Shown in pieces: positions 58,831-64,000 of a stretch of DNA of 64,000 nucleotides. Each line of letters opens with the position of its first letter. Within the stretch, counting starts at the first letter, position 1. The notes beneath the pieces are model-generated. The model saw nothing but the letters and a program-made list of their open reading frames with translations. It had not been told where the DNA came from and searched no databases. Source of the DNA: Raillietiella orientalis. Lineage: Eukaryota. The DNA lies in NCBI GenBank assembly GCA_036172245.1, contig JAYWIR010000024.1:1302001-1366000 (forward strand), read 5' to 3'. A program made the translations under genes and the position numbers.

Positions 58831-61800
58831 CAGACGCGGCCTATTTTTAAATCGGGGTGGGTGTGGTGGGAGGGGGGCCGATTGTTGCGAAAGCGGCCCC
58901 GGACTCTTCCTCCTTGTAATTGCTCTCGAGTTCCCGATCCGTTTCAAGGGACTCGAGCTTTCGGGAACCTGGAGCTGCTCCTCTGAATAGAGCCACGCCC
59001 GAACGGGATGTGCCACAGGAGGTACGAAGACGAAATCCACCAGCGCGAGCTCATCACCCCCAAGGTGAACGATTCCAGAACTTTCTGCGTCGGCAGTCGG
59101 AAAGTGGGCAACTGCTTCTTCCGACAGACAGAAAAAAAGTTATCTGCTCTTGAGCATTAATTTGTTTTGTCGATTCGTCACCCGTGGAATACCAAGATGT
59201 GGATATTCCACGGTTGACGAACTCAGCAACCTATTGTCTTTTCATTTTTTTTTGAAAAAAAAAAAAAAAAAGAAAGAAAGAAAGAAAGAAAATCGTTTGG
59301 AAGTGGCACTATTCAGATTGTATGCTGGTTTAAAAAGAAAAAAAGGGTAAGGAGGACTCTGCGTTTCCGACTTGCTCACGTGCGAACATTCCCTAGAAGA
59401 TTCCTCTTGGCGCAGTCACTTTAAGTGGCATCCTATATACTATTTTTGCAGAACTGGAAATCGCAATCACAGTGATGATGGCGAAAGAACCGGACCACGC
59501 ATCAGGCATCCATCAAATGGACAAAACACTTCAGTGTCTGCTCGTATTGAAGACGGTCGGAATTCTCCTCGCTGGATTAAGCAAAAAAAAAAAAAAAAAG
59601 TCCCTACTATAATCATGGTTGTTGTTATAAACGCAGGGTGCCACCATTCCCATACCAGGGATTGAGGATTGGATTGGGGGGGGGGGGAGGAATCGGAAGC
59701 TCTTCATGACATTTAATGGTTCTGCACGAAACGGGGGGGGGGGCCCCCCCCCTTAAAAAAAAACAACCTCAGTCGAGATTTCCTGGAACACGTAGAGAAA
59801 CTTCTGAACCGCCTTGTCATGTTTCTTGGGAGTCATCCGTTCGAGAGCAGGGAATCGAAATTATCCGAACCGAACCCGAGTAATCATTTAAACCTCGTTT
59901 CGAACTAGCGTGTTCCTGAGAGAGTGCATCGTCCAAAGCCATTGGTGTACACCATTTCACTCTTCCTAGACGGCATTTCTTGATGGCAACGAAACGCCTC
60001 CAAGTGTTTGCTGAGCTAGCTGTTCTCCTAGTTGATGGATCCGCCGAGTGACTCGTATTTGGTGTGTGTCCAGTGTTTTGCCATCCTCGCCGTGCAGGCT
60101 GAAGACCCTGGGCTGCCATGACGAAGACACGTTCGGACACAAGTTCGGCATTCGGCTACCAAGTAATGTTCGGGAACCTCCCTCAACTCGTACTTGCACC
60201 ACTCACTTTTGTCAGTACGTAACCAGTGACCCTCTTACATTCGTTGCCATGAAGAAGAAGAAAATGAAGCACACCAACAGAACAGATGGATCCAAGAATA
60301 CGCGAATTGCAGATCCTGCAGTCACTGCCATTCTCCCTTCGACATCCCTTCAAAATAACTCTAATTTCTAGAAATCTCTAGGAACCTTTCGTTCGTTCCA
60401 CAAGCAGTTTCTAGGCATGAATACGAATTGTTTATTCGTAACTCTCGGTAGATGGAAGCGTGCGAACGAATTCGTGATTCTTGTGAAGTCTTCCCAGACG
60501 TCCAGCTCGGTTTCAAGAGACTGTGGGTGTCCCTTTTTCCTTCGTCAACAGCAGTTGCATGCTGGCCTCTAATGACCTTCGAATCATCCGTCAATTAAAA
60601 GGCAAAAGAAAAAGAATGGAAACATTTTCCTCAGCGTTGCAATTATGCTTTTATCTTATGTTTATTCTCAAAATTTTATTTGCATGCAGTTCGATCGAAA
60701 ATAATTAGGAGCGACAGGTTCCTAAGGCAGAAATAATGGAGGCACCGGGGTTGCTGAATAAAAGATAGCCAAGCGCTTCGCCGATGAGGGCCGCAACCGC
60801 GAGGGTCGACCCTCCGCACCGCTCCCCTTCGGCAAAACGGTCTGCTTCCTAGTCGTAACAAGGTTTGACTTGAGCACTGCTCACCAAAGATTGCCTTTTC
60901 CTTGAAATTCAAGAGGAAAAATCAAAACCACTTTTCACATTTCATAAGAATCAAATTCCTTTTTTCTTAGGAAAGGGACAAGAACGGAAGAAGAAGGAAC
61001 GCTACAGGACCCCCCCTCCCTTTTTTTTTTTAAAGAACACTTGGTATGGGGAGACTCACACAAAACTATTCCCGCCGCCTATTTATTGTTGCTGTTTTTT
61101 TTTTATTTGTAAAGCACAAAACCACTTGACGATGACTAATTGATTGGTGATTTTTTCTTTTTAATTAAAACATGAAATCTGATAATAAATTTTTATTTAA
61201 AATAGTAAATCTTCCATTTCTTGCATTTTGAAAGTTTTTTCTTCTTCTTCGTTTTAAGAAAAAAAGAAAACATGTAAAATTGTGTTCCCTTGTCTGCAAA
61301 CAAAAAAAATGACTCCTCCTGACGCCTTCATCTGCGTTATTTCATTCTATCATAACCGAATGATGCCGCATCGTGAGGCAAAATAAATTCTGCGTCTATT
61401 CCCCATCGCGTATATGTTCTTACGTTGAGATCTTTGAAGAAGCATCTCTTTTTTCCCCTGTTCAAGTTGGTCTTTTCTGCGCTTTCAAAGAGAAATGGAC
61501 AAGAACTCTTTAGAACGTTTAGAATAAGCTAAAGGAACTCTAAAGCATCATGATCTTTGAGAGCACTCAGATGCATTCCTCAGATCTTATGGATTACACA
61601 CACACACACATTTTGGACATTTCTTTCTACCAAAACTTCCACTCTCGTCTCTTGGAAATAACAGCAGCACCAATTCTTTTGCCCGCCCCAACGACATTTC
61701 ATTTACAAGTTGTGCCAGCGTGATTTTAAATGGGGAAAAAAAAAAAAAAAAACTCAATATCCGTTCGTCTTGATTAATAGCTGATCCGGTACCTATTTTA

Positions 61801-64000
61801 CAAGCCCTTGATTAGCCGAATCATTTTCAAGTGTGACATAGCAACTTGCATGCAGCCCAAATGATCGAAGGAAAATGAAAAAAAGGAAGAAACGAAACCA
61901 CATATTTGCTACTATATGAGTGCTTGCCATGGAAGGTTACAATTCCGACACAATATACACGTTTTGTGGTCAGGAAAACGGAAGCAAAAGCAAAAGTTGA
62001 TTGCACATTGATGGAATCCTGGTACGTCCTAAGAAGGAAGAAAAAATAATTATTATTATAGAAGAGGAAGTCGTCCTTTGGTTGGTCTTTCTTTTCTCCT
62101 TTTGCTATCCGATGCATGGCTGCCAAGGAAATTTCCGTTCTCTTCGGAAACGCAGATCAGAAGGTACAAAAAAAAAGAAAGAGCCCTCCGAAATTAGCAC
62201 GATAAGGACCTTTACCAGTTTGATAAATGAGACAATCTGCACTTTGGAAATTTCCAGTCTTTCCCTGGACAAAAGAAAAGATGGTTCCTATATTGTAACT
62301 GTTGCTTCTTCGCGAAGAGAGGCGGACTGATGTATTTCTTATCAGAACTTGAGAACACATCCAGTCTTCAACGAGGCAGTATTTGTGACTGATCAACATG
62401 ATTCATACCACTAATATAACCAGCATTCCTTTTCATCTGTGACAGCTGTTTCTTCTTCTTCTTCGTCGCCAGTTCCAAAGCTTCACATGTGAGAACCTTT
62501 ACCATGTGAATTACGCTGATGAATTTTGCGAATTAAATGACGATTGAAATCGTCATTTATTTCGCAAAATGGAATGTGTTTCAGTGTGTTTCTTTGCTTT
62601 TTTTTCCTTCTCTCTTACGGCACCTAGACGTGCGGTGTGTGGAAACAGACGCGAATCTGTCGATGCAAAATGTCACTGAGCAGTTTCATAGTTGCGTGAT
62701 ATCCTTCATCTAATGGTGAATACGCTATCCATAGCTTGCTCTGTTTTGAGGCATTAAAAAAAAAAGAAAAAGAAAAAAAAATACTACATTTGCAAAAAAA
62801 AAAAAAGAAGTTCCCGCGAGTGAAGAGGAAAAAAAAAAATAGCATTTACTAAAATCCGCATTTCGTCGACTAATCATAAATCCTCCTGGAGAAAAAAAAA
62901 AAGGAAAGAGAGAAGAAAAAAGTCATTTCGTTCACGTATGAGAGATTACGTAAAACGTGTCCTAAGGAATCAGTGGCAGTGTTTTTTTTTTTCTTTTCTT
63001 TTCCTTTTTCCACGTGATCTGATTATGCAGGCGACCGAAACGTTTGCTTTCATGAAAAGCGGACTTTTTCTACAAGTTTTCCGGTTGGCGAAAAACAAAA
63101 CCGAGGCAATTAATCCATAACGAGGTTCGAAACCCCTCTATGATTAATGGTGGACCACGGACGAACAGAAGAAGTGTTATGGCTGCTGCTGCACGGTCTT
63201 CGTTGTTCCGAGCGAGGTGCGCATACCGAAGGCGAAGAGCAGTCGCGAGTGGCTCGGACGGGGGGGGGAGGGGGAAGAGTGTTGTCCGGCCCGACACTAG
63301 ATGGCTGCGAAATCCTTTCATCAAAATGATCGCCGGCGAACACTTACATTGTAACATTGATTCCATTTAAGTGGTTTGGACCTGAGCGATGGCTCCGACA
63401 CCATTACAGCTGCACGCGTATCAGAAAGCCCAGCGTCGAAAGAGAAGCGCGGCGGGAATAAAAAGGCCGGGTTTCACGTTTCATTGAGGACACGGACCAC
63501 AGCGACCACCGAAACAAGCAATCGAATCCCCTTCCAAAATTCAATAGCAGGCTGCACGATTCCAGATTTCTCGATTTCACGAGGGAGTCCCTGACAAAAA
63601 GACTAATTGGCGTAATTCAGAATACACTTCGATTTAGACATGACAAGGGTATGGCCAGAGGGACCATTGCCACAGGCACAAAACTCAAAGGGAGAGATTT
63701 TTTTTTTTTTTTTTTATTAGCATGAAAAGGAGGGGAAAAAAGTTTTTAAATTTTTTCTTGCTATTTTTGGAAAGAATAAAAAAAATGAACGAAACACACA
63801 CATACGCGCAAATCTCCGCACCGGCAATAACCAGAATTAGACGGTTAATTTCGCCGCAACTTCGTTCTGTAGTTATGAAGCCAAACAGAAATGATTATCC
63901 CCGTTGAGGACCAACGACAGAGGAGGTGCTCCAGCAGCGAATGGGGGCTCTCTCGTCTCCGAAGTGGTTCTTATAATCCTTTCATGATGATGATGAGATT

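Noticed and set aside
60229..60251. ATG GCA ACG AAT|gtaaga as the first exon of the membrane-protein gene
   Set aside because: Phase-compatible, but a 4-codon match is easily chance and lacks the expected start of the first TM helix.
62536..62559. Perfect hairpin AAATGACGATT-GA-AATCGTCATTT
   Set aside because: A single isolated palindrome with no context.
63120..63136. Isolated GGTTCGAAACCC B-box-like motif (also 26398-26411 on minus)
   Set aside because: No A-box at proper spacing and no shared SINE body.
1..64000. CRISPR array, rRNA or prokaryotic operon/defence system
   Set aside because: No repeat-spacer array, rRNA-like sequence or operon structure was seen, and the real genes are spliced eukaryotic genes.

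Overview
Eukaryotic genomic DNA, most likely from an invertebrate (arthropod-like). This is inferred from 41-52 bp introns, a degenerate TTAGG-type array and a CpG-poor gene island; the species cannot be identified from the sequence. Three spliced host genes can be reconstructed by hand. (1) Mitochondrial ribosomal protein L21, MRPL21 (+, 4 exons, 10214-11113). (2) An atypical two-DNA-binding-domain E2F7/8 (-, 7 exons, 12709-11177), convergent with MRPL21. (3) A partial LAPTM4/DUF4728-like multi-pass membrane protein gene (-, exons 40463-40355, 31532-31447, 31394-31158; first exon not found). The rest is mostly heavily decayed transposons: many L1/Tx1-like non-LTR retrotransposon relics sharing a structured 3' end, a tRNA-headed SINE-like composite repeat, and low-confidence P-element-like, hAT-like, RTE-like and integrase relics. 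Most long ORFs in the supplied track are GC-rich noise. I see no intact novel enzymatic system. The best leads are a near-identical ~0.8 kb patch inside two otherwise diverged inverted LINE relics, the conserved multi-hairpin LINE 3' terminus, the composite tRNA-headed element split by a LINE insertion, and the divergent E2F7/8. All family assignments come from motif recognition by eye, not from database searches.
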